Assembly: GCA_963422395.1 (NCBI GenBank)
Contig: OY729431.1
Coordinates: forward strand, 640,001-704,000
Reading direction: 5' to 3'
DNA from: Vicinamibacteria bacterium
GTDB lineage: Bacteria; Acidobacteriota; Vicinamibacteria; Marinacidobacterales; Marinacidobacteraceae
DNA: 64,000 bases
This document shows positions 1-9,286 of the stretch, in pieces. The notes under the pieces were generated by a model. That model did no database searches. It was not told the DNA's origin and worked only from the letters and a program-made list of their open reading frames with translations. Positions within the stretch are counted from its first letter, which is position 1. Each line of letters begins with the position of its first letter. The position numbers were made by a program, and so were the translations under genes.

Positions 1-402
1 ATCTACCGGCGCGACATCGCACCGGTGCCGGAAGACGCCCTCCGCGAAGCGCTGGTCAACGCAGTGATCCACCGCGACTACGCGATCACCGGCTCGCCGG
101 TATCGATCGAGGCGTTCGACGACCGCATCGTGGTCACCAGCCCCGGCGCGCTGCCGAACCACATGACGGTCGGGCAGGCGCGCGCCGGCGGCGCCCCCCG
201 GTCGAGGAACGAGATGATGGCGAACGCCATGGTGGTCCGCGGGCTCATGGAGCGGCGGGGGCGCGGCTGGCTGCGGATGCGCCACTCCATGAAGCGCTTC
301 AACGGGAGCGAGCCGGACCTCGAAAACGACGCGCAGAGCCGCTTCGTCCGGGTCACCTTCCGCCTGGGGCCGAAGCCGAAGCCGGCGGCGGCAGACCGAT
401 GA
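1..402 (+). CDS. Schlafen/AlbA_2-HATPase_c_4 (RecG C-terminal-like) protein, 3' part only (truncated by window start)
   Basis: Frame open from base 1; motifs ALREALVNAVIHRDY, FDDRIVVTSPG, SRN, MERRGRG typical of HATPase_c_4. Confidence 0.8.
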   Translation: MYRRDIAPVPEDALREALVNAVIHRDYAITGSPVSIEAFDDRIVVTSPGALPNHMTVGQARAGGAPRSRNEMMANAMVVRGLMERRGRGWLRMRHSMKRFNGSEPDLENDAQSRFVRVTFRLGPKPKPAAADR

Positions 403-3212
403 GTGGCGCCGCCGGCTTCCCGCCCGGCGCCCGCTGGCGGCGCTTCGACTTCCACACGCATACCCCGGCTTCGATGGACTACGGGAGAGGCCCGAACCAC
501 GAATCTCTCAAGAAACGCTCACCGCGCGAATGGCTGCTCGACTTCATGCGTGCCGAGATGGACTGCGTGGCGATCACCGATCACGACACCGGCGAGTGGA
601 TCGACCGACTCAAGAAGGCATACGACCGTCTCGAAGAGGAACGACCGACGGATTTTCGCCCGCTCGTTCTCTTCCCGGGCGTCGAGATCACCGTGAACGG
701 GGGCATCCACCTGCTGGCGATCCTGGATCCGTCGAAGGGCCGATCCGACATCGATGCGCTGCTCGGCGCAGTCGGCTTCCCCGGGGGCAAGCAAGGCACC
801 TCCGATGGGTGCACTTCACAGTCTGTCCAGGAAGTTGCGCAGACCATCCGGAAGCGAGGCGGCCTCGCGATTCCTGCACATGCAGATTCCGAGAAGGGCA
901 TCTTCGAGAGACTGGATGGAGAGACCCTGAGGTCGCTGTTGACCGAAGATCAGCTGTCCGCGCTGGAAGTCGCGGATCCGGAGTTCGACGAACCCGAGAT
1001 CTACCGACAGAGCGGTGTGAAGCTGGCGAGAGTCCTCGGTTCCGACTGCCACCACCCCTCGGGGTCTGCCGGCCAGGGTTTCCCCGGCAGCCGCTTCACT
1101 TGGGTGAAGATGGGGAAACCGTCCCTCGACGGGCTGCGGCTTGCGCTACTGGACGGCGCGCCGCTCTCCATCCTCCGAAGCGACGCCCCGATCGTCGATG
1201 GAGCCGACGATCCGAACGCGGAGCCCGGCCTGTGGATCGAAAGCGTCGAGGTCGCCGAGGCGCGCTACCTGGGTCGCGGCACGCCGGCACACGCCGCGTT
1301 CAGCCCCTGGCTCTCCGCCATCATCGGCGGCCGGGGGACCGGGAAATCCACGCTCGTCGAAATGGTGCGGCTAGCAATGCGCCGGCAGAACGAGCTCCCC
1401 GGAAGGCTGGGTGAGGAATTCCAGGAGTTCGCCGCCCCTGCCGAATCGAGGCATGGGCGGCGAGCGCTGACCGATTCCACCGAAGCCATCGTCTCGATCC
1501 GCAAGAACGGAGTGCAGTTTCGCGTGCGGTGGCGTACGGATGGCGGGGGAGCGGTCATCGAAGAGAGGACTCCCGACGGGGAGTGGAAAACGAGTCCCGG
1601 AGAGGTGGCCAGCCGGTTCCCCGTCCGAATCCTGAGTCAGAAACAGGTGTTCGCGCTCGCCAACGATCCGGACGCCTTGCTGCGCCTGGTGGATGACGCC
1701 GATCCGGTGAACCGGCGAGAGCGGGCCGCACGACGGGAAAAGGCGGAGGCCGAGTTTCTGAGTTTGCGCAGCCAGGCGCGCGCGATCGACGCCCGAATCA
1801 CCGAGCGAGAGCGAATCGAGGGTGACCTCGCGGATGTGCGGCGCCAGATCTCGGTCTTCGACGAGGGGGGACACCGGGACCTGTTGGTTCGCTACCAACG
1901 CTTCACCCGGCAGAAGCAGATTCTGACGGATCGGAATCGCGAGTTGAAAGCGAATGCCGCAGCGCTTCTCAAGCTCTCGCCCGAGATGGAGCCAGCTGAT
2001 GTTCGCGCGGACGATTTCGATCTCCGGGAAAAATCCTTCGGCAGACGAGCTCTGGACCTTCTGGAGGCGGCGGCCGGCCGGCAACGAAGAATTGCAGAGA
2101 ATCTTCGTGAACACGGGAGAGCTCTCGACGATTTCCGAAAGGAATGGATCGAGGAAGTCGCTGCTTCCAAGTGGAGTCAGGAATATGAGGCGGTGTGCGC
2201 TGCCTACCGGGAACTCATGGCCAGATTGGCCGAGGAAGGCGTCTCCGATCCTGGCAACTACGGCGCCCTGCTGCAGCGACGCGAATTGCTTCAGAGAATG
2301 TTGACAGAAATCGATTCCCTCGCGAAAAGAAAACAGAAGCTGGAGGCAGACGCCGATCGTTTTCTCGAAGAAGTGGAAACCGAGCGGAGAGCTTCGTCCA
2401 AAGCACGGATCCATTTCCTCCAATCGGTTTTGGGAGACAATCCGCACATTCGACTCGAGGTAGTGCCGTTCGGCTCGAACGCCCTCGCCGCCGAGCGCCG
2501 GTTTCGGAAGGCTATCGGCCGCGAGGATGGCGGGTTGGCGCCCGCAATCCTGAGCGAAGACGGCGAGACCGGAGAACTGGCCGAGCTCTTCCGAGACCTG
2601 TCGGATCACCAGGACGAGAGGCACCAGGAACTGGAAGGCCGCATTCGGAAAATCAAGAAACGCTTTGCCGAAGCCGGAAAAAAACCTGGGCCTTCGGGGA
2701 GACAGTGGTTGTGGAATCACCTCCGGCAGCTTTCGCCGGAACAGCGAGACCGCTTCCTCCTGTGGTGGCCGGAAGACGGTCTCGAAGTGCGCTACCGGAG
2801 GACGACGACGGGTAAGTTCGTTCCTCTCGAGCAGGGGTCTCCGGGACAGAAGTCGGCGGCCATCCTCGCACTCCTGCTTTCCTACGGCGACGAGCCGATT
2901 CTCCTGGATCAGCCGGAAGACGATCTCGACAACCATCTGATCCATGACCTCATCGTTCAGCGGATTCGGCAGAACAAGCGGAAGCGTCAGGTCATCATCG
3001 CCACGCACAACTCGAACATCGTCGTCAACGGAGACGCCGAAATGGTGATCTCCATGGATCATCTAGGCGGGCAGTGCGTCGTCGCCCCAGACGGAACCGG
3101 GTGTCTTCAGGACACGGGGGTGCGCGCCGAGGTCTGCCGGGTGATGGAAGGCGGTCGGAGAGCCTTCGAAAACCGATACCGCCGCCTGCGGGAGGAGTTC
3201 GACGATGCGTAG
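399..3212 (+). CDS. PHP phosphoesterase fused to SMC-like ABC ATPase (TrlF/Ppl-like defence protein)
   Basis: PHP motifs DFHTHTPAS, AITDHD, PAHAD, GSDCH; Walker A GGRGTGKST; coiled coil; signature SPGQKSA, Walker B LDQPEDDLDN, H-loop ATHN; ATGA overlap with upstream gene. Confidence 0.88.
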   Translation: MSGAAGFPPGARWRRFDFHTHTPASMDYGRGPNHESLKKRSPREWLLDFMRAEMDCVAITDHDTGEWIDRLKKAYDRLEEERPTDFRPLVLFPGVEITVNGGIHLLAILDPSKGRSDIDALLGAVGFPGGKQGTSDGCTSQSVQEVAQTIRKRGGLAIPAHADSEKGIFERLDGETLRSLLTEDQLSALEVADPEFDEPEIYRQSGVKLARVLGSDCHHPSGSAGQGFPGSRFTWVKMGKPSLDGLRLALLDGAPLSILRSDAPIVDGADDPNAEPGLWIESVEVAEARYLGRGTPAHAAFSPWLSAIIGGRGTGKSTLVEMVRLAMRRQNELPGRLGEEFQEFAAPAESRHGRRALTDSTEAIVSIRKNGVQFRVRWRTDGGGAVIEERTPDGEWKTSPGEVASRFPVRILSQKQVFALANDPDALLRLVDDADPVNRRERAARREKAEAEFLSLRSQARAIDARITERERIEGDLADVRRQISVFDEGGHRDLLVRYQRFTRQKQILTDRNRELKANAAALLKLSPEMEPADVRADDFDLREKSFGRRALDLLEAAAGRQRRIAENLREHGRALDDFRKEWIEEVAASKWSQEYEAVCAAYRELMARLAEEGVSDPGNYGALLQRRELLQRMLTEIDSLAKRKQKLEADADRFLEEVETERRASSKARIHFLQSVLGDNPHIRLEVVPFGSNALAAERRFRKAIGREDGGLAPAILSEDGETGELAELFRDLSDHQDERHQELEGRIRKIKKRFAEAGKKPGPSGRQWLWNHLRQLSPEQRDRFLLWWPEDGLEVRYRRTTTGKFVPLEQGSPGQKSAAILALLLSYGDEPILLDQPEDDLDNHLIHDLIVQRIRQNKRKRQVIIATHNSNIVVNGDAEMVISMDHLGGQCVVAPDGTGCLQDTGVRAEVCRVMEGGRRAFENRYRRLREEFDDA

Positions 3213-4482
3213 TGCGACAGAACGGCTGCTGCGCGAAATCCGGCTCGGAGAAGACAGCTTTCTCGAGCTCAAGGAAGTCTTCTTCTCTGGTGAGAAAGTC
3301 AAGGCACCGACGCGAAAGGCTCTGGCCGACGAGCTGTCGGCCTTCGCCAACAGTCGAGGCGGCGTTCTCATTCTCGGGATCCACGACCGCAGCCGTGAAG
3401 TGGTCGGGATTCCGGAGAGCCGCCTCGACGCCGTGGTAACCCAGGTCCGCGAGGCGGCCCGGGATCTGGTGATCCCTCCGCTGGATGTCGTCGTCGAACG
3501 GATGGAAGTCCCGGATACCGGGGGTGGAGTGCAGTGCATCGTTCGTGTGTCGGTGGGTCGAAGTCTGTTCGTGCATCGGAGCCCCGGCGGCTATCTGAAA
3601 CGGGTGGCGGACGAAAAGCGGGAAATCACGCCCGACGCGCTTCGCCGGTTGTTCCAGCAACGCAGCCATGTCGGAGTGACCCGTTTCGATGGCGAAATCG
3701 TGGCGGCGGCCTCTTTCTCCGATCTGGATCCGGAACGGGTCCGGCGCTTTCGGACCGAAGCTACCGATGACGACGAGGAAACCCTCGCCTCCAAGCTGGG
3801 AATGACGCGAGAGGATGAGACCGGTGTGCGCCGCCCTACCGTGGGAGGCCTGCTGCTCGGATCGCGATCCGCAGAGCGATGGATGCCGAACACATTCGTT
3901 CAGGCGGTGGCGTATCGGGGCCGCTTCGTCGGCGACGGATCGGGGAACGAGAACTATCAGCTGGATTTCCGGGACATTCGCGGGCCGCTCGATGTCCAGG
4001 TCGCCGATGCGTGCCGGTTCGTGGCGCGGAACCAGCGGGTCGCAGCGGAGAAGACCATCGGACGCCGAGACATCCCGCAGTACCACCTCGGAGCCGTCTT
4101 CGAGGCCATGGTGAACGCCGTGGCGCATCGCGATTATTCGGTGTACGGATCGAAGATCCGGCTGCGCATGTTTTCCGACCGTCTCGAACTGTTCTCGCCG
4201 GGGGAGATGCCGAACACCATGACCGTGGATGCTCTTCCTTACAAGCAGATCAGCAGGAACGAAACGATCACCAGTCTGCTCGCGCGGTGCCCCGTGCCGA
4301 AGGGGATTCCCGGCCTGACCACTCCTCGAAAGACCCTGATGGATCGGCGAGGCGAAGGCGTGGGGTTGATCCTCCGGGAAAGCGAGGAGCACTCGGGACG
4401 CCGACCGGTGTACGAACTCCTGGACGGAACCGAATTGCGGCTGACGATCTACGGAGCAGACGGGAAACGAGGCACGGCGTGA
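3205..4482 (+). CDS. Schlafen/AlbA_2 domain + HATPase_c_4 protein
   Basis: N-terminal GEDSFLELKE...LSAFANSRGGVLILGIHD (AlbA_2); EAMVNAVAHRDY, SPG, MDRRGEG in C-terminal half. Confidence 0.85.
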   Translation: MRSATERLLREIRLGEDSFLELKEVFFSGEKVKAPTRKALADELSAFANSRGGVLILGIHDRSREVVGIPESRLDAVVTQVREAARDLVIPPLDVVVERMEVPDTGGGVQCIVRVSVGRSLFVHRSPGGYLKRVADEKREITPDALRRLFQQRSHVGVTRFDGEIVAAASFSDLDPERVRRFRTEATDDDEETLASKLGMTREDETGVRRPTVGGLLLGSRSAERWMPNTFVQAVAYRGRFVGDGSGNENYQLDFRDIRGPLDVQVADACRFVARNQRVAAEKTIGRRDIPQYHLGAVFEAMVNAVAHRDYSVYGSKIRLRMFSDRLELFSPGEMPNTMTVDALPYKQISRNETITSLLARCPVPKGIPGLTTPRKTLMDRRGEGVGLILRESEEHSGRRPVYELLDGTELRLTIYGADGKRGTA

Positions 4483-4733
4483 TCCCCCGTCCAGGTGGAT
4501 TCTCCGATTCCGACCCTCCGCTGCCTGAAGAGACAGGAGCGGCTTCACCGAAAAAGCGCTGGATGTTCACGGAATCCGAGTTGCTCGCACACTACGGCCT
4601 GGCGCAGCGGGGTCCCCACGATTGGCGGCTCACGAACGCGGCGCTTCTGCTGTTCGGCCGACGGTCCGGATTCCGATGGCAGCCGCGGGCTGGAATCCGC
4701 ATGTTTCGCGCCGACGAGCGCCACGAACCATGA
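4479..4733 (+). pseudogene. Internal fragment of a third Schlafen/HATPase-type gene
   Basis: Short frame encodes ELLAHYGLAQ...LTNAALLLFG...PRAGIRMFR, the central motif of this family, with neither terminal domain; overlaps both neighbours by 4 nt. Confidence 0.55.
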
Positions 4734-7111
4734 ATCTGTTGCCGCAGCAGCCGCGCGAGACCCTGCTCGACCTGCTGGTCGAGAGCGTCCGCAAGCGGGG
4801 CGTCCCGGCAGGCGGGGAGGCGCCGCCGGCTGCTGTGCTCTGGTCCGATCCGGAGCGCGAATGGGAGCCGCTCCTCGCGCTGCTCCGGGAGCGCCTTCCC
4901 GAGCTTCGGATTCTCGGGGAGTACCGACCCGGGCGGCGCACCGGCCCGGCGATCTGGCTGCGGTGCGAAGTGGACGGCGGCTCTGACGAAGCCGGCGGCG
5001 CTGACGGGGCCGGCGAGTCAGGCGCCGAGCGCGAACGAATCCCCATCCTCTACCTGCCGAGGGTGAGCCGGCAGGACCTCCGCGCCGGCGAAGAGTGTCC
5101 GGACCGCCTGAAACCGCTCGTCGAGCTGCTCCACCGCGGGGCGGTCTGGCGCCACTCCAACGGGAGAGACTGGACGGTGGCCGGCTTCTTCCGTTCTTCG
5201 GCAGGCGGGGGGCTGGACCTCGCCGAGGATCGCCGCACCGCGAAGGCGCTCCGCGGGGCGCTCGACGAGGCGGTGATGACTCCGCTCGCGCAGCTGCGAG
5301 GCCGACGGCTCGAAGCCGACGACTTCCACCGGCTGCAGGTCGAGGATCTAGCTCGGGATCTGCTCCGCTGGCTCGGCGACCCGGACGGAACGCGGGACCG
5401 GCTCGGCGACCGCTGGAACGCTTTCTGCAGCCGGTGCCGGAAGGAGCTGGATTTCGACCCCGAGAGCGGCGGCGGCGGCGCGGATGTCCAAGCCGGACAG
5501 CAGCTCGGTCAGGCGGCAGGCAGCTGGGCGGCGGTGTGGGAGCGGTTCGCCGAAGCGCCGGACGCATTCCCCGGGATCGAGGCGGTGCTGCGCCGAAGCC
5601 AGCCCGCCAGCCGGCTTTTCCTCGGGGACCCGGCGCGCTGGCCGAACGAGAACGACCGCATCGAGGCGGCACTTCGAGAAGCGCTCACCGAGCTGCCCCG
5701 TCTGACGCAACCGAAGGCATGCGACCGGGTGGTGCAGCTCGCTCGGGAGCACGGAAAGCGGCGGGAGTGGGTCTGGGCGCGCCTCGGAAGATCGCCGCTC
5801 GCGCTCGCGCTCGGACCGCTCGGGCGCCTCGCCGGGGCGGCGAAGCCGCCGCTCGGCGGCGAAGGCCCCGAAGAAGCGGCAGCGGCCTACCTGGAGCGCG
5901 GCTGGCAGGCCGACGCCGCGGCGTGGGAGGCGCTGGCGGCGGTCGGCGCCGCCGACGAAACGGTCGTGGCGCCGGCCGTCCGCCAGCTGCTCGAACCCTG
6001 GCTCGACGGCTCGGCGCGCGCCTTCCAGGAAGCCGTCCGGTGCCGACCGCTTCCCGACGCCGGCGAGCAGCCGGTCGTCGAGGCCGACGAGGATGGCTGC
6101 CTCTTCTTCGTGGACGGGCTGCGCTACGACCTCGGCCGGCGGCTCGCCGAGCGGCTGGAAGGACGCGGGCTCCGGGCCGAGGTGAGGCCCCGCTGGGCGG
6201 CGCTTCCCACGGTGACCGCCACCGCGAAGCCGGCGGTGACGCCGATTGCCCCCGACATCGCGGGGGAGACTCTTGGCGAAGACTTCGCCCCTCAGTTCGT
6301 CGAAACCGGACGGCCGGTGGAGGCGAGGGGCCTGCGTGCTGCCCTCGGGGAGAGGGGGTACCAGATCCTCGGGGCGGGCGGCTTCGATGCGCCGCGTTCG
6401 GCGGCGTCTCGCGGCTGGATCGAGACCGGGGAGATCGACGAGACCGGACATCACGAGCAGGGCGGTCTGCCCCGGCAGCTCCCGCAAATCCTCGACCGCC
6501 TCGCCGAGCGGATCGCCGGTCTGTTGGAGAGGGGTTGGCGCGCGGTGCGCGTCGTCACCGACCACGGCTGGCTATGGCTCCCGGGCGGACTCCCGCGGGT
6601 GGATCTCCCGAAACACCTCACCGCGACCCGCTGGGCGCGCTGTGCCGTCCTCGCCGGGGCGGGAAGTCCCGAAGAAGTTCCGCGCTGGCCGTGGAGCTGG
6701 AACCGCGGGGAATGGTTCGCCGCCGCGCCGGGCATCGCCTGCTTCAACAAGTCGGACGCCTTCGCCCACGGCGGCCTCAGCATCCAGGAATGCCTGACCC
6801 CGGACCTCCTCGTCACGCGTTCCGGCGAAGCAGCGGCCCCTCCCACCACCATCGAATCCATCGCCTGGCGCTGGTTCCGCTGCAGCCTCGTGGCCGCCGG
6901 CGGGGCCGGCAGACGGACCGCCGACCTCCGCCTCGGAGGCCCCGCGGGCGAGTCCGTCGCCGCGGAACCGAAGCCGGTGGAAGCGGATGGTGCCGCCAGC
7001 CTCCTGCTCGCCGGCGACGAGCACGAAGCGGCGGCGCTTTCGCTGGTGGTTCTCGATGAGAACGGGAAAATTCTCGCCGCCCGCGAAACCCGCGTGGGAG
7101 AGGACTCGTGA
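4730..7111 (+). CDS. pglZ: BREX system phosphatase PglZ (type B-like)
   Basis: VLWSDPEREW N-terminus, RTGPAIWLRC; PglZ-domain motifs VDGLRYDLG, LPTVTATAK, VTDHGW, HGG; adjacent to brxL; ATG 4730 chosen from ATGA overlap. Confidence 0.88.
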   Translation: MNLLPQQPRETLLDLLVESVRKRGVPAGGEAPPAAVLWSDPEREWEPLLALLRERLPELRILGEYRPGRRTGPAIWLRCEVDGGSDEAGGADGAGESGAERERIPILYLPRVSRQDLRAGEECPDRLKPLVELLHRGAVWRHSNGRDWTVAGFFRSSAGGGLDLAEDRRTAKALRGALDEAVMTPLAQLRGRRLEADDFHRLQVEDLARDLLRWLGDPDGTRDRLGDRWNAFCSRCRKELDFDPESGGGGADVQAGQQLGQAAGSWAAVWERFAEAPDAFPGIEAVLRRSQPASRLFLGDPARWPNENDRIEAALREALTELPRLTQPKACDRVVQLAREHGKRREWVWARLGRSPLALALGPLGRLAGAAKPPLGGEGPEEAAAAYLERGWQADAAAWEALAAVGAADETVVAPAVRQLLEPWLDGSARAFQEAVRCRPLPDAGEQPVVEADEDGCLFFVDGLRYDLGRRLAERLEGRGLRAEVRPRWAALPTVTATAKPAVTPIAPDIAGETLGEDFAPQFVETGRPVEARGLRAALGERGYQILGAGGFDAPRSAASRGWIETGEIDETGHHEQGGLPRQLPQILDRLAERIAGLLERGWRAVRVVTDHGWLWLPGGLPRVDLPKHLTATRWARCAVLAGAGSPEEVPRWPWSWNRGEWFAAAPGIACFNKSDAFAHGGLSIQECLTPDLLVTRSGEAAAPPTTIESIAWRWFRCSLVAAGGAGRRTADLRLGGPAGESVAAEPKPVEADGAASLLLAGDEHEAAALSLVVLDENGKILAARETRVGEDS

Positions 7112-9195
7112 ACGAAACGGCTGGCCGATCGGCGAGCAAGTCCGCAAACGGCCTGGATCGGCTGGACCGGATCGGCGCCGAGGCGTTTCCCGGGTACCTG
7201 GTGCGGAAGGATCTGGTGCGGCGCTACTCGCGGCAGTTTCCGGTGCCCACCTATGTCGTCGAGTTCCTGCTCGGTCGCTTCTGCGCGAGCACCGACGAAA
7301 CCGAGATCCGGGAGGGTCTCGAAATCGTCGAGGGCCAGCTTCGCGGCCGCACCGTCCGGGCATCCGACCGGGAGCGGTTCCGGTCCGAAGCCCGCGAAAA
7401 GGGGTCCGTCCGGCTGATCGACCTGGTGCGCGCGCGGCTCGACGCCCGGCGCGACTGCTACCTGATCGAGCTCCCGAGCCTCGGCGAGCGGCAGGTCGGC
7501 ATCGAGGCGAAGACCGTGCTGGAGAACCAGCGGATGCTCACCGACGGCTTCTACGCCGAAGTGACGCTTCGCTACGACCCGCTCGCGGCGCCGGAATCCC
7601 GCGGCGAACCCTTCCGGGTGGAGGCGCTGCGTCCGATCCAGATGTCGGATCCCGAGGTGCTGCGGCGGCTGGCCGAAGGCCGGCGGGCGTTTTCGACCGC
7701 CGAGTGGCGCGACTTCCTGATCCGCTCCGTCGGGCTGGAACCGGACGCGCTCGACGAACGGGCGAAACGGGTTGCGCTGCTGCGGATGGCGCCCTTCGTC
7801 GAGCGGAATTTCAACCTCGTGGAACTCGGCCCCCGGGGTACCGGCAAGAGCCACCTCTACCAGCAGATCTCCCCGTACTCGCACCTGATCTCCGGGGGGA
7901 AGGCCACCGTCGCCAAGATGTTCGTGAACATGGCGAATGGCCAGCGCGGCCTCGTCTGCCGATACGATGTCGTCTGCTTCGACGAAGTCGCCGGCATCTC
8001 CTTCGACCAGAAGGACGGCGCGAACATCATGAAGGGGTACATGGCGTCGGGGGAGTTCAGCCGCGGCAAGGAGAGCATCCGTGCCGACGGCGGGATCGTG
8101 ATGGTCGGGAACTTCGATCGGGATCTCGAACGCCAGCAGCGGGTCGGCCATCTGCTGAGCGCGCTGCCGAAGGAAATGCGGAACGACACTGCTTTCCACG
8201 ACCGGATCCACGCCTATGTGCCGGGATGGGACTTCCCGAAACTGAACCCGGACGAACACTTCACCGACCGGTTCGGGCTCGTCACCGACTTCCTGAGCGA
8301 ATGCTGGACGCGGATGCGGGAGACGCCGCGGATATCGGCGCTCCAGGGCCGCGCGTACTGGGGAGGGGCGCTGAGCGGGCGCGATCAGGAGGCGGTGAAC
8401 AAGACCTGCTCGGCGCTGGTCAAACTCCTGTTCCCCGATCCGAAGATGGAAATTCCGGACGAGGATCTGGAATGGATCCTCCGGGTCGCGCTGGAATCCC
8501 GGCGCCGCGTCAAGGAACAGCAGAAGCGCTGCCTCAAGAGCGAGTTCCGCAACACCCACTTCTCCTTCACGCTCGGGGCCGACGGGATCGAGCAGTTCGT
8601 CGGCACCCCGGAATTGCGGAGCGGCGACGCCCTCGAGGGCGACCCGCTCCCGCCGGGACAAGTCTGGTCGGTGGGTCCGGGAACGGGCGAGACCGGCCCC
8701 GGCCTCTACCGGATCGAGGCGGCGGTGGGTCCCGGCAGCAGCGCCCGGATCCTGAACCACCCGGTACCGCCCGCCTTCCGGGAGAGCGTTCGGGTCGGCG
8801 AGCAGAACCTCTACGCCCAGGCGAAAGCTCTGGTTGGTGACCGCGACCCGCGGGGGCACGAGTACCAGCTCCAGTTACGCCCGTACGACGCCGACCGTTC
8901 CGGCGCCGGACTCGGGCTGCCGGTGCTGGTGGCGCTGGTGGGCAGCCTGCTGGAGCGCAGCGTCCGCGGCGGGACGATCGTGGTGGGAAGCCTGAACCTC
9001 GGCGGCTCGGTCGAGGGGCTGCTGCGCCCCGTAGAGATCGCGGAACTCGCGGTCGAACGGCAGGCCGCCGTCCTCCTGATGCCGGTGTCCGCCCGCCGGG
9101 ATCTGAGCGATCTCCCCGACGACCTCTGGACCCGCATCAACATCGAGTTCTATGCAGACCCCGCCGCCGCGGTGTTCAAGGCGCTCCTCGACTGA
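7108..9195 (+). CDS. brxL: Lon-related BREX protein BrxL
   Basis: FPGYLVRKDL, VPTYVVEFLLG; Walker A GPRGTGKS, Walker B CFDE; AFHDRIHAYVPGW; C-terminal Lon-like domain; overlaps pglZ stop. Confidence 0.9.
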   Translation: MNETAGRSASKSANGLDRLDRIGAEAFPGYLVRKDLVRRYSRQFPVPTYVVEFLLGRFCASTDETEIREGLEIVEGQLRGRTVRASDRERFRSEAREKGSVRLIDLVRARLDARRDCYLIELPSLGERQVGIEAKTVLENQRMLTDGFYAEVTLRYDPLAAPESRGEPFRVEALRPIQMSDPEVLRRLAEGRRAFSTAEWRDFLIRSVGLEPDALDERAKRVALLRMAPFVERNFNLVELGPRGTGKSHLYQQISPYSHLISGGKATVAKMFVNMANGQRGLVCRYDVVCFDEVAGISFDQKDGANIMKGYMASGEFSRGKESIRADGGIVMVGNFDRDLERQQRVGHLLSALPKEMRNDTAFHDRIHAYVPGWDFPKLNPDEHFTDRFGLVTDFLSECWTRMRETPRISALQGRAYWGGALSGRDQEAVNKTCSALVKLLFPDPKMEIPDEDLEWILRVALESRRRVKEQQKRCLKSEFRNTHFSFTLGADGIEQFVGTPELRSGDALEGDPLPPGQVWSVGPGTGETGPGLYRIEAAVGPGSSARILNHPVPPAFRESVRVGEQNLYAQAKALVGDRDPRGHEYQLQLRPYDADRSGAGLGLPVLVALVGSLLERSVRGGTIVVGSLNLGGSVEGLLRPVEIAELAVERQAAVLLMPVSARRDLSDLPDDLWTRINIEFYADPAAAVFKALLD

Positions 9196-9286
9196 CCGCA
9201 GCGGCTGGAATGCCCAGGCAACGCCCCGGATCCCACCGCACCGACCCCGCCAGGGCAACCGAGTGCATCTTCGTCAGAGGAGCGGC

